This document shows positions 50,811 to 62,800 of a stretch of DNA of 64,000 nucleotides, piece by piece (the stretch's first letter is position 1; the number at the start of each line of letters is the position of its first letter). Location of the stretch: the NCBI GenBank assembly GCA_043228905.1, contig JBHGNT010000006.1, positions 9,424,001-9,488,000 on the forward strand, given 5' to 3'. Source of the DNA: Azolla caroliniana. Lineage: Eukaryota; Plantae; Polypodiophyta. The notes beneath the pieces were generated by a model. The model made no database searches. It was not told the origin of the DNA and saw only the letters and a program-made list of their open reading frames with translations. The position numbers were made by a program, and so were the translations under genes.

Positions 50811-51577
50811 TGTTAGGAAACAGGTCCCTCCGGATGAGAAGGGAGAAGAACAGTGCTGATGAGCAAACTCGGCCGAGGTCGATAGGCCAAGGCCGAAACC
50901 GGATGAGGAGTACCCGATTATGGAGAGCCGGATAGCGCAGACCCTGTGAGAACCGGATGAGGAGTACCCGGTTATGGAGAGCTGGATAGCGCAGACCCGG
51001 TGAGAACCGGATGAGGAGTACCCGGCTACGGAGAGCCGGATGGTGTAGAACCGGTGAGAACCGGATGACGAGTGCCTGGCAAGATCCGGATGATGCAGGC
51101 CCGGTGAGGAGCGCTCTCCGGATGAAGAGACATATTCGTAAATATGTTTCTGAGAGTCCATCGTGGCTATATTTGTAAATAGCCGAAAAGTCATATTAGT
51201 ATAAATATGACTTAGGGCAAACTTTTGACTATGTTGTTGTCATTCTTGTTGGTGCAAGAAGAGAGAGCGCATAACAGTGTACAGAGAGAGAGAGAGAGAG
51301 GAAGAGGTTGTTGCCTCTGTTGTAACCGCCGCCTGTGGCGAAGGTCGTGAGCGCGAGGTCGTTGCCTCCATGAGCTCATTGTTGTAATCATTGTGATATA
51401 GTGATAGTTTGGAGTCTGTAGACTCCCGTGGTTTCTCCCTCTCAGGGTTTTCCACGTTAAACATCCTGTGTACTTTTCTCTCCTTTGTGTCGTGTCTTTC
51501 GTTTCCCGTTTTCTATGTACGATTCTAAGCTCGGTTGTGGCCGAGCATTGCGCATAGGGAGCGTGGAGTTCCTGTCA
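50811..51577 (+). mobile_element. Solo LTR (copia-like) with 5-bp TSD TTCCG
   Basis: TGTTAGGAA...TTCCTGTCA ends; TTCCG on both sides; internal ~54-bp GAACCGGATGAGGAGTACCCG repeats; TATAAATA at ~51200; CCCGTGGTTT..GGGTTTTCCACGT motif. Confidence 0.88.
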
Positions 51578-54500
51578 TTCCGTCACTAGCACCGTCCAAC
51601 TATCAAGGCCAACAGTTCCACGGGGATGTCCTCAACGTCGTTGCAACTCAACTACGTGTCCGTAGATGTTTACATCCCGCCATCTTCACCGAACGCCTCA
51701 ACAAGACCCTCAAACACGAGATGGCTGCATAAATCAACCCTTTTCGAGCACTATGAGCGTAACCCTCGCCTCGCATTAGAATCATCCATGGATTTCCATT
51801 TGAAACTTGCCATCAGATGCTCCCCCTCCTTCGATAAGCCACTGCTCTTGTTCTTATTCATGTACCTGTCCTGTTCTTGTTCATGCCCCTCAATCTCTTG
51901 TTTCTCGTAGGGGGGAAATGTGGTGTGCATGTGTTCCCTTGTGCCACCCTTTTAGCTCACCCTTTTTAGGATGCATGTACCCAAGTTGATCCACCCTTTT
52001 AGCACACCCTTTTTAGCCAATCCAGCCCAAATGGGTTCCGTTGTATCAACTATAAATTGATTAAGAAGTAAGAAGCTGAGTAGACTGGTTTTGATCTCTT
52101 ATGTGCATTTCACAATATTTATTATATCGGGTACTTTATACGTTTTTCATGTAGTGTACGAAATACACTAAGACAATGTGATTTATAGGCAAATTTTTTG
52201 GAATACCGTTCACATGACAGGTAATGTTAGCCGTAAAAAAGGCAACACTGGTTATAGTTATTCACTAGGTTGAAAAGGGTGTACAGTTGGAATCTTTTAC
52301 AATATGACGTAGATTAAGGATTAATTATTCACTTTTCTTTTTCAAAGAAAGAAAGGGAATAATGATAAGTGCATTTAATGCCAAAATTGATTCGGGCGGC
52401 TCATTTGGATAATTGGAGAGTGCACCACTTGGTTTTTTACTTATTTTTCAAACTTTTGGGTTCTTTTTTCTTCTTCTTCTTGTTCTTAACCTACTTGAGG
52501 TTTAAGGGTTTATTTTCCATCGTCTTCATGAGTAGTCTTCTTAGTTATATGCCCTTTTTGGGTTTTTTATTGCTATTTTCTTTTGGCGGCGTCTTCGACT
52601 TTCAAACTAATTTCCTACTTACGTCTATTGGATTATTTTACTTTTGTTATGAGCTAGCATCGGGGGAGCATTCGTCTACTTTGGAGGTTTGTCTTCTTCT
52701 CTGTAAGGAAGAACGCTACGCATTGGCACTTTCATGAGAAGGATTTGGCTACCTCGCAGTCAGGCAATTGTTGTTGTGGTCCTAATAGCTCATTGGAGTC
52801 ACCTTCACCGGAAACTCCGTAGTTCCCCCCTTCTGTTTGTGCTTTAATTGTATGAACATTTTATAAAAAACCAATTGAAATCGTGGTACTCTAGCTCTAA
52901 TCGTCATAACCTTTAATTTTTAAAGAGATCCCTTGTATACTTTTGCTCACATTTTTGTCTTAATCTCATGCACATTCCCTTAATTGTGTGTTTTGATCCT
53001 AATCACATGTTTTAATCCAAATCGCGTGATAATCATCATTTGACTCGTTGCTTCCTTCGCATTTGAAGAGCCTTTGAGTCTAAGTCCGAACACAGGCTTT
53101 GAGTTTGAAGAGCCTAGGCTCCCTTCAACTCTGGGCTCCCTTCGGCTCTGGGACCTTTTACTCTGGACTCCCTTCTATTCTAGAGACCTTTGGACTCTAG
53201 GCTCGCTTAAAATCTAGGAACCTTTTGACTCTGTTGACTCTACACTCCCGTCAACTCGAAGGATCTTACCCGTCCGGGAATCATTCGACTCTAAAGAACC
53301 TTGGACTTCTAGGAGTGTTTGATTCGATTGACGTTTGCACCTTCCAAGTCCTTTTGTCCTCCCTGGTTTAAGTCCCTTATGGTCTTGCTTGAGTAGCACA
53401 TGCACGTGCATTATCATGACATTAATTTGGTGAGCCTGACGTGAAAGAATGGTAGGGGCGGATGACAGTGGAAGAAGAATATTTCGCGGTGATGATTTCA
53501 AGAATGATGATAAGATTAGTGAAGGAAAATGAAAGACGAGATGTGGCTCAACATGTTGTCGAGAACTTTGATACCAATGAACAAAACGATGACAGTAATG
53601 TGTAAGTTCTTACTCGAAGATGTCATCTACCGGTACAGTTGCATGGGAAAGATAGTGGAAGATAGAGGGCAGTTAACTGCTCTTGAAGCTACGGAGTTTC
53701 TTTGAATTACTTAGAGTGAAGCTCTCCCTTACAATTACCTATAATCTAGAGGTAAACGGGAAGATAGAGTGCGGACATGGGCATGTAGTTAAGGTCATCA
53801 TAAGGGCCTTCAAAGTGCGAGTCAAGAATTGGCCATGGTTGTTAAATTATGCCTTGTGGGTTGACAGGACCACTCACAGTTTGGTGACAGGGTTCATGCC
53901 AACCGAGTTAATTTACAGACAAAAACCGGTGATGCCCATTGAGGAAACGATCACATAATGGGTAGTAGTTCCTTCGGAAAAGAAGATGAGTCTAGCAGAC
54001 CTTCTAACAACAAGGATAAGACAACTCAAGAAATACCTAAAAGACTTTGAGCTAGCAAACGAAAGGCTAAAGGAGGCCAAGCTAAAGAACAAAGCCTGAT
54101 TTGACAAAACACACTGATTATGCCTTAAGAAGATCGAAGAAGGTGATTGGGTGATTGTGTACAACAACAACCTCGATAATCAACATAGCTCGATGAGGAA
54201 TTTTGTGAGGCGTTGGTTTGGCCCTTACATGGTGAAAAGCTCAAACAATAACGCCACCTACCACCTTGTCGAGCTCAACGGAACAAGGCTAGCAACACCG
54301 ATAGCAAAGAAAAAAGTCAAGATCTTCAAGAAACAACATCAATCAAGGACAAGCCAAACCTCGACAGCGTCAAAGATGAAGACGAAGAAGGGCGAGTGGA
54401 GGAGCTCAAGCACAACAAGGAGCATGATATTGAAGACTGACTACCTTTATCCCCACCAATTGTTCTCTCTTATGGCACATGCTAGAGGATGTGCGATTTG

Positions 54501-54617
54501 GTGGGGGTGGAAGTCGTGATGTGACATGGTCGAAAGTGGGAAAAGGAAGGGTGGAAGCATGTAGAAAAAATGAGAGATGTGAAAAAAGGGGAAAAGAAAA
54601 CATAAGGGAGAGATCTA

Positions 54618-54774
54618 AAAAGGGGGCCACGTGGATTAAGGAGAGCATTGAATGCAAAAGGGAGTTCCCTCTTTCTATATAAAAGGAGGGGTGGAGGGCA
54701 TTTTAGACATTTTATAGAAAGAGGCCACTCCCTTTTGCATTCAATGCGCTCCTTAATCCACAAGCCCCCCTTTT
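54618..54774. repeat. Long inverted repeat (~65-bp arms, ~25-nt loop) in an LTR
   Basis: GTGGATTAAGGAGAGCATTGAATGCAAAAGGGAGT..CCTCTTTCTATA pairs with TATAGAAAGAGG..ACTCCCTTTTGCATTCAATGCGCTCCTTAATCCAC. Confidence 0.9.
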
Positions 54775-54878
54775 GCTCCTACAAGGATTTTAGGCATTTT
54801 ATTCTCTTCTTTGGAGTGTTGTTCTTCATTGTCTTCAACGTTCATCCTTTGGAGAGGATTAGTGAGCTCGTAGATTAG

Positions 54879-55933
54879 TGTCGTGTTAAACAAGGTACAC
54901 CAAGGGAAAGCGATGAAGAATTGTGATTTCACGTTGTCATGGGTGTCATGAAGGAATTGCTTCACGATATAAAAATTGTACTCAAGTATTATACTAAGTG
55001 ACATTTGAAAGACTTAAACCCACAACCTTATATACTAGGGGAAAATGACAAAGAATTGTGATTTCACGTTGTCATGGGTGTCGTGAAAGAATTGCTTCAC
55101 GATATTAAAAATGTACTCGGGTATTATAGTAACTGACATTTGAAAGACTTAAACCCACAACCTTATATACCAAGTAGAAAGTACATATCACTAGGCTAAG
55201 TTATTTTTTTAGTCTAACTATATTTTCACCGATAGTAAATACTAAATAATATACTTGAATGCATTGGGAAACATTCTTTTTCATACGAATGCAAACGAAT
55301 GTGTATGTTATCAAAACATTCTTACGTTGTTTTTTACACTTTATACCTTCACTATTTTACCTAAAATTTTTTTTACCTTATAATAAACAATGAATATAAA
55401 AGTATGGTATTTACCATACTTCGAGGGTGTTTACCATACTCGAATGATTGAAACATTCTCGTATGCGAATGCATGTATGGTACATACTATGTTTTCATCA
55501 TTGTACTTATCCCATGTAAATTTTCATACATGAGAGCTCGAAGAGGGAGATGGTTATCATGCATCACATGCATTTCATGCATTGTATGCATGTCTTGTAC
55601 CATCACATGTATCATATGCATTGGGGCAACTATATAAGAAAGGAAGAGAAAAAGCAAACGGGGAACTAGAAAACAGGAGCTAGCTCATTGAAAAAGTATC
55701 TTGTTTCTTAAAGTTGAAGTTAAGGGTTCAAAGCCATAATAATAATAATAATATTCTTCTTCAACATCTTCTTATCCTTCATCTTTTGAGCTATACCAAT
55801 TTTCAATCTTCTGAAGTGTAGCTTTGTTTTCCTCGCATCTTTGTCTTTTCGTTAGCTTGGCGAAAGTCCTTTCCGGTCCAGGACCCCGATGGTTCCGCTT
55901 CAGTTCACTAACACACGAGGATTTTCCTCGACA
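54879..55933 (+). mobile_element. Solo gypsy LTR related to 3873-7881, with a ~134-bp tandem duplication (54918-55170)
   Basis: TGTCGTG start and CCTCGACA end; shares the GCATCACATGCATT..CATATGCA block with 4512-4590; flanks TTAG/TCGG match poorly as a TSD. Confidence 0.65.
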
Positions 55934-56470
55934 TCGGCCACTCGAAGAGACAATGGAGTGACGTGAGAACTCTACCCTGACTCGTGTTGTCGAAGCCATT
56001 AGAGGTAACCATGGTCCACCGAACTCGTCTTCACGGGAAGCTTGAATCCTCTTCTCCTACCTTTCCTTCTTTCTCTACTACTTAGTTAATGGTTGGCATT
56101 TCCACTACCGTTGTATTCATCTACTCTCACTATTATACGCCCTAAGATATAAAGGTTTTCTCTTGATTAACCAAACGTTTTATAACCTTAAACAAGGATA
56201 TTAGGCTGTAATCTCCTTTGTGGGTTCTTTTTATTGTGATCAAAGAGAGATCAAGGTACAACGTAGCTTTCACCCTTCAACTCCTCACTCCCTTCGACTT
56301 TGGGCTCCCTTTTGACTCTCGAAATCTTTCGAGTGCAAGGATCAATTGACTCTAAAGAACCATGGACTCCCAGGAGCATTCGAGTCCACTAGTGTCTGCA
56401 CCTTCCAAGTCCTTGTGTCCTCTCTAGTCCCACTCTAGTAGCACTTGCAAGCGCGTTATCGTGACACCAA

Positions 56471-56815
56471 GGCATTTGAAAGGTTAGAGAATGCATTTAC
56501 ATTTTCCGCTAATTTGATCCATGCTAACCCATCCAAGCCTTCATCCTAAAAGTTGAGGCATTTGATTTTGCACTTATGAGTGTCCCGTCACCAATCAAAG
56601 ACAATGGGTAACTGCATCTAATCTCTTTCTGTTCACGGAAATCAATTATGGGAATCATGACTAGGAGCTCTTGGCCATCCTAGATTCTTTCCAGCATTGG
56701 TGCCACCTCATGGAAGGTTCTCCCCATTAGCTCATTGTCTATAATCATCACAAGAACCTAACATATTTTTGGAATGCCAAGCCCTGAATCGATGATAAGC
56801 TCATTTAGCACAATT
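56471..56815 (+). pseudogene. Decayed chromovirus-type RT linker/RNase H, right half
   Basis: AFERLENAFTFSANLIHANPSKP..VEAFDFAL resembles the AF..LK.AF..AP.L.HPD..KPF..ETDASDFA consensus. Confidence 0.7.
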
Positions 56816-57350
56816 GGTTAATATGTGTTTCAATCTCATGATCATGTCACACAATCCGCAAAATGTCACACAATGTCTCTTGAAATTCACATAAGCAAAC
56901 AAAAACAAACCAAAAGGATGCACCTTGTAATGAGCCGAATTCACACAAACAATTTTAATTACTCAAGGTATAGATGGTAAATTAGGATTTCCAAACAAAA
57001 AATAAATAAATTTAGCTTAATTTGTTTTAGTACACAAGGATTGAGGAGTTATGGTGAAAGAAAATGGTCTACATATAATCCATCCATTTTTTACACGCTA
57101 TTTATTTTGAAATCATGAAAATCAATGATATCATATGTTATATTTTGTTTTGTAGAAGCGCTTTCATTATATGCAATGCTAAAATTTGACACTTGAGCAA
57201 ATGTTATGTTTTACTCTAGTTTGGAGTATATATGGAGACAACCAAATTGAATAAGAAAGAGATAATAAAGTTGGCATCATGGTCTTCCAAATGGCATCAT
57301 TACTAATCCAAGGGCTAAAATTCATCACTTAAATTCGAAAACACTTGCTT

Positions 57351-57352
<2 letters not shown>

Positions 57353-57389
<37 letters not shown>
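57353..57389. repeat. (TC)n microsatellite
   Basis: About 18 TC units. Confidence 0.95.
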
Positions 57390-57391
<2 letters not shown>

Positions 57392-57621
57392 TATAGATTT
57401 CTTGTAACGTCTCTTCAAGCTATCAGCTAGACAGTGATGGTTAAAATGAACATACCAATTAGACATTGCAGAAATGTCCTGATTGTTTCATAATAAAGTA
57501 ATAATTGGATAATCTGATTGAGGTTTCTGCATTTTGAGAAGTTTGCTTAATATAATAAACTTGGGTCATAAATATGTATACATCAAAAAGAAAAGTAGAG
57601 CCATTGAAAATTTCAAATATG

Positions 57622-58194
57622 TTAGCGAGATGTGGAGGAATGGCCACCAACTCCTCCATTTCCTGCTTGTCTGCCATAGCTACCATTACCTCCTCCATCT
57701 CCATCTCCTCCTCCTTCTCGTTCGTTGCTCTGTTCGCCTCCCTGTCTTCCCTGGGTCCTATGACAAGAAAAGAAAGACCAGAAAATTATGTGAGGCTTTT
57801 GGAATCATGGATGGATGGATGGATGAGACAAGAAGCCATCTGACCACATATCTGCAAGAGATCGAACTATTTAAAATCAACAGACTCGACAAATGAAAGA
57901 AGAGACGAGAGGTGCATACCCAGACGAAGAATTGGGGCCTGAGGTAGACTCCTTCATTCCGTGAAATTCAGAGAATGAGGGAACTCCCGCAAAACCTCTG
58001 CTGCTCACGACTACAGGGCTGGATTTGGCGTCCAAATCTCCAAACACTGCTCTCAGTGCTTCTTTTGCCTGCTCTTCCTGTCTCCTTTTCTCTTTCTCTC
58101 TACTTTCTTCTTCACCTCCCCCTCTTATCTTCTCTTCTCCTTTTATCTCTACGTCTTCTTCTTTCCGATGATGCGCATAAGTTTCGTCAGCCAT
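57622..58194 (-). CDS. Two-exon gene for a small hydrophilic Glu/Gly-rich protein (136 aa); copy 2
   Basis: Exon 1 58194-57920; GT..AG intron 57919-57758; exon 2 57757-57622 in frame (GTQGRQGGEQSNE..GGHSSTSR*). Exon 1 differs from copy 1 at 4 residues. Confidence 0.65.
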
Positions 58195-59685
58195 GGCCTT
58201 TTAAGTTAAGCTTAAATTCTTTTTGATGATCGCTGCAAAGAAAAACCCTACACAATCAAATCAAATGAAAAATAAAATTGAACAGGATCCAAGAAAGCAG
58301 CAACCCAAGGAAAGAAGAAGAAGAAGAAGGATTTATGAAGACTGTCTGTAGGTCTCTAAATGAATGGATGGATGGATGGATGATGAAGGTGAGTGAGGTC
58401 CAATTTAAGGAGGAAAGAAGAAGAAGAAGAAGAAGAAGAAGGTGGGATGATAAATCTGTGGGCGACTACTTTTTTTGTTTGACCCATGCTTCCCAACTCT
58501 CTCTCTCTCTCTCTCTCTCGATGTGTCTCAAAGTCTTCTCTTTGTCATGTAGTCTTCTCTGTTTATTTATTTATTCTTGTCTTGACTTTTGACTCTTTGA
58601 ATCGTTCGTGTTCTCATTGAGTCCCCAGAACAGGCGCACACACTTTCATGTCTGTTTCTCGAAGACTTGCCCACACGATGATAATGGTGATGATCCGGCG
58701 GTCGTCTTCCTAACGGCTGAATATTATCTACCTATAAGGGCTTCATTTCATGGTTGTTAGTGAGTGTGAACACATTACCTAAGGTGACTCCACTTCGCCT
58801 GTGTATGTAACTCGACAATCACTTTTTCTCATGCCACTCCTAAGAGTAATGGGTGAACACATGTTGCATAATTGTCCTACATTCATCATTGCTATCCTAC
58901 ATAGATAAATACATCTACATGTCTATGAGTGTGTTTGTGTGTGCATGCACAACGTCAATGCTTGCATACGTGTGTGTGGGGTTTTGGATGAATGTATAGA
59001 GACATCAAAGATACAATGTATAGAGGCACATCTTTCACATCTTTCCAAATAGTTTTGCAATATACTATAGTCAATATCTTATTGCAAAATAAAACCTCTA
59101 AGGTGTTGTAAGACTAGATGACACAAAGGCGCCCCCTTTGAGGATCACATGTGTGTAAAGTTGAGATATAATTACGAAATGAGTTTTCCATTCAACCTAT
59201 GCATTTCTTCTATTCGTAAAGACCATCAAATGGAAATCCCTTCCTCATACTATAATTGTATGATAGACCCCTAATACCATAATACTGAAGCTGGTCAAAC
59301 CATACCTTATACAATGGGAATGGAGAAGCTCTAACCCATTAAAAGCGTCTCGAAATTTTATGACCCCATACCTTAATTTGTGCCATAAACCAACCCAATG
59401 GTTTTATCAAGTGGGTCCTTTAAGGAATCTTTGTCACATCCTCCATAGTCATTGTGATGAAAAAATAAATACCGTCTCTCTATAGACGTTAGTTGAGAGA
59501 ACCAAAGGTTGATCCTCACCATATGCTATGCCCCACATAATATAGATTGCAATCATTCTCTCAATGACTTTAAAAAGATCACCCCCTCTCTCAAAAGACG
59601 ATAATGATGTTTGAAGTCTTCTCTATAAAGTAAGAACCAAAGACATAGTTATAGGCTCCTCTCTATTTATTATGATTAGGACAAA
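57660..59685 (+). repeat. Segmental direct repeat, copy 2
   Basis: Collinear with 28830-31095. Confidence 0.9.
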
Positions 59686-59835
59686 TAATACATCTATTTA
59701 TTACGATTAGGTAAGAAATTAGATATTTAAATAATATAATGTGGTATACCTGTGCTCCATTGCGCCACCTTTTTAGCAAGAATGTATGCATACATTAGTT
59801 GGTAGCCAGACCAAGTCAAGTGGGTATCTCTGTAT

Positions 59836-62800
59836 TGTGAAAGATTATGTGCGGAAGCAATAGAAAAAACGAACACAAAGAAAATACGAAGGTTTAATGG
59901 AGAGCTTGAATATACACAGTACGTGGGAGAGACAGAGAGAGAAGACACATAACTAAATTCAAAAATAATACTCAATCTGTACATGCTCAGTGAGCACCTT
60001 TTATACAAGCCCTGACAATCGGGCTGACACAAGTACTGACAGTACTTGACTGCTCATAAATGAGCCTCGACACTCACTCCCAAAATTATTCCTTTATGAG
60101 GAATATCTCTCTAACGGCCTTTCGGTTTACGCACCGATACAGCCTCTCGTTACGCACCAGTTTGCATACCGGTTTACGCATCCGTTTTACGCACCAGTCC
60201 GGCCTAACTGATCGGTCCCAACCGATCTGGTCCTCGGCTTGCTCAGCCGATCCGGCCGATGTTGAGCTTGTCTCTCAACACTCCTCCTCAAGCTCAACTT
60301 GAGGCTCTTCGGGATCTTCCGGATCACCGCTCCGGTTCCTCCTGGCTCCACGTCTCGCTCGCGCTCCTCGGCCTGTTCGACTCTGCGTGCTTCGACCCTT
60401 CCGGTTGGCTTGTCTGCTCCCATGTCCCTTCACAGCTCCCTTGTTGTCGCGGTGTTCGCGCTTCTCCTGCTGCCTTCTTCTCCGCTTGGCCCTTGGTTGA
60501 TTCAGTGTATCCGAATCAAACATCCGAACCGACTCGGCTACCTCCGATCGGTTTTCGCTCTCGTCCGAGTTGGCTGTCTCCAACTCGTCTTCGGTCTTCT
60601 CGCCCTTGACGGCGTCATCTTCCCCATGCTTGGTTGGCTTCGGCTCTTTCTTTCGGCTGCTCCCCTTATGTCTGCTTTTGGACTCTTCCGCGGATCCGCC
60701 CTCGGCTTCTTCAGCCGATCCGAAGTCGAATTCGTCATCCGACTTGGTGTCCAACTCAGTGTCACGGCCTCTTCCGCTCCCTTCCTGCTCCCTTGCTCGG
60801 TCTTTCGAGACTGTTCTCCCCCTCAAGTTTGGCACGTCAAGCTGACGCAACCCAAGCGCACCCGAGAATTGCCACAACTTGTCCAGACCAAGGGGCTTGG
60901 TGAAGATGTCGGCAGTTTGCCGATCCGTTGGAACATACTAAAGTTCGACTTCACCAGAAAGGACACGCTCACTAACAAAATGGTAGTGTACCTCAATGTG
61001 CTTGGTCCATGTGTTGAAAACAAGGGTTCTTCGCGAGCTGGATGCTGCTGAGGTTGTCGCAATAGATCGTCGTCGGATCGGACACCTCCTCTTGTAGGTC
61101 CTTAAGTAGCCGCTTCAACCATATGGCTTCGCATGTCGCGACAGCCGCTCCTCGGTACTCAGCTTCGGTGCTTGACAGTGCAATTGTCGACTGCTTTTTA
61201 TTGCCCCCACGCTATCGCGGCACTCCCAAGAGAGAACGCGTATCCGGACGTGGATCGGCAATCGGCGACGTTGCCAACCCAATCAGCATCGGTGTAGCCG
61301 ACCAACTACGAGGCTATACTGGTCCGATATAGCATTCCCCGGTCCTTAGTGCCGCTTATGTACCGCAGTACGCGTTGCGCACATCGAAGGTGCTCCTCGG
61401 TAGGTCGCGCCATGAACTGACTGATCACCACGACCGGATAACTGAGATCGGGTCAGGTGTTTGTCAAGTAGATAAGGCTTCCGACAATTTGTCAAAACCT
61501 CGTCGGGTTGCATACCTTTCCGGAATTGGGGTGAAGCTTGACGGTTCTATCTAGAGGAGTCGAGACGGACTTACAGTCGGCCATCCCGAATTTGAAGAGC
61601 ATACTCAGCACATAATGGCGTGTGCTGATCAATATGCCTTCGGGGGTACGGATCACTTCGATCCCGAGGAAGTAATGAAGATCCCCCAGATCCTTCATGT
61701 CGAACGATGCCGCAAGTTGGAGCTTCACGCAGTCGATTTCACCTAGGTCGGCACCGGTGATGACCAAGTCATCAACATATAGTAAAATACTGACCGGACC
61801 AAGTCGACCTTTCTGGATGAATAGGGAAGAGTCCGATTTTGACGTTGCAAAGCCTTTCCGACGCAGTTGCTGCGTGATCTTCGCATTCTAGGCACACTGC
61901 TGACGTGTTCGTTCCGGAGTGAAATCCGAGGGGTTGTACCATGTACACCTGTTCCTCAAGCTCACCTTGCAGGAACACATTCTTTACAACCATCTGATGT
62001 AAGTGCCACCCCTTTGCCACAGCTACCGCGAGCAAGACACGGACGGTCATCATCTTCGCGACCGACGCAAACGTCTCATCGTAGTCGATGTCGTGTTTCT
62101 ACGAGTAGCCTTTTGCCACTAATCGGGCCTTGTATCGGTTGACCAAGCCGTCGGTGTTGTACTTGACCTTGTACACCCACCTACATCTGATTGGCTTCAC
62201 ACCCTTCGGTGCATCAACTAGGTCCTAGGTCTCGTTTTCCGCCAATGCGTGCATCTCTTCCTCCATCACGACACGCCAATTCACGTCCTTAGCCGCTTCT
62301 GCATAGCTCTCTGGCTGACGCACTTCCGCTACACGGGTCATGTACGCATAATGATGTGCCATGTGCTCGTTGTATCCGAACTGCACAACTGGGTTCTTCT
62401 GGCGGGTAGATCGGCATAATTGGTCATTAGCCGATGTCGAGGTCTTCTCGGCCGACGCGGACTTCGCTCTTGAAGACCCGTCACCGCTTCCCTCGGAGTC
62501 GGACTCGCATCGGTCTGACTCCTTCTTATTCGTGCCGAAATCTGACACCTTCTTCTTCCCTTTCTCTTTGCGCGTAAAATGCACGACCAAGTCTCCACTA
62601 CTCGCTAGCTCTTCATCGGACTGGTCGAACCGACTCAGTCGTCCATCCGGTCCGCTTAACAGAAATGAAATCAAACTCTCTTTGGGGGTCCCGATTTCAG
62701 GCTCATCCGGAGGCACCTCGGCCTCGCTGACCTCATCGTCAGAACTCGGATTGGAGGTGAGGTCCGGAGTCGCAGGCAAGTACCAAGACGTGGACTCGTC

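Larger units (their letters stand above)
49836..52114 (+). mobile_element. TRIM-like non-coding LTR element with tRNA-Ala-type PBS and 4-bp TSD
   Basis: 196-bp direct repeats 49836-50031 and 51919-52114 (TGTGG..TCACA); PBS TGGTGGAGATGC at 50035; PPT AGGGGGGAAA; TSD ATAT; no recognisable pol ORF. Confidence 0.88.
47896..52250 (+). mobile_element. Non-autonomous hAT DNA transposon derivative
   Basis: TIRs CAGTGTTGCCTTTT / AAAAGGCAACACTG; remnant of the hAT dimerisation domain at ~48600-48760 (STVSCARGFSKQNLIK..LDDLM); no clear 8-bp TSD. Confidence 0.75.
47765..56466 (+). mobile_element. Internally deleted non-chromovirus gypsy element; both LTRs carry nested insertions
   Basis: TGTGGTCATA start and TTATCGTGACA end; flanks CCGA/CCAA; 5' LTR ends TTATCATGACA at 53421; integrase remnant 53520-54400 (LSLTITYN, ALWVDRTTHS, WFGPY); PPT GGTGGGGGTGGA; 3' LTR from ~54513. 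Excision rejoins host pol as TSSGTEAFERLENAF. Confidence 0.7.

Noticed and set aside
50856-50902. CTGATGAG...CGAAAC as a second hammerhead ribozyme
   Set aside because: Stem II does not pair next to the core and no stem I or III with a cleavage triplet is evident. It lies in the repeat block of a solo LTR.
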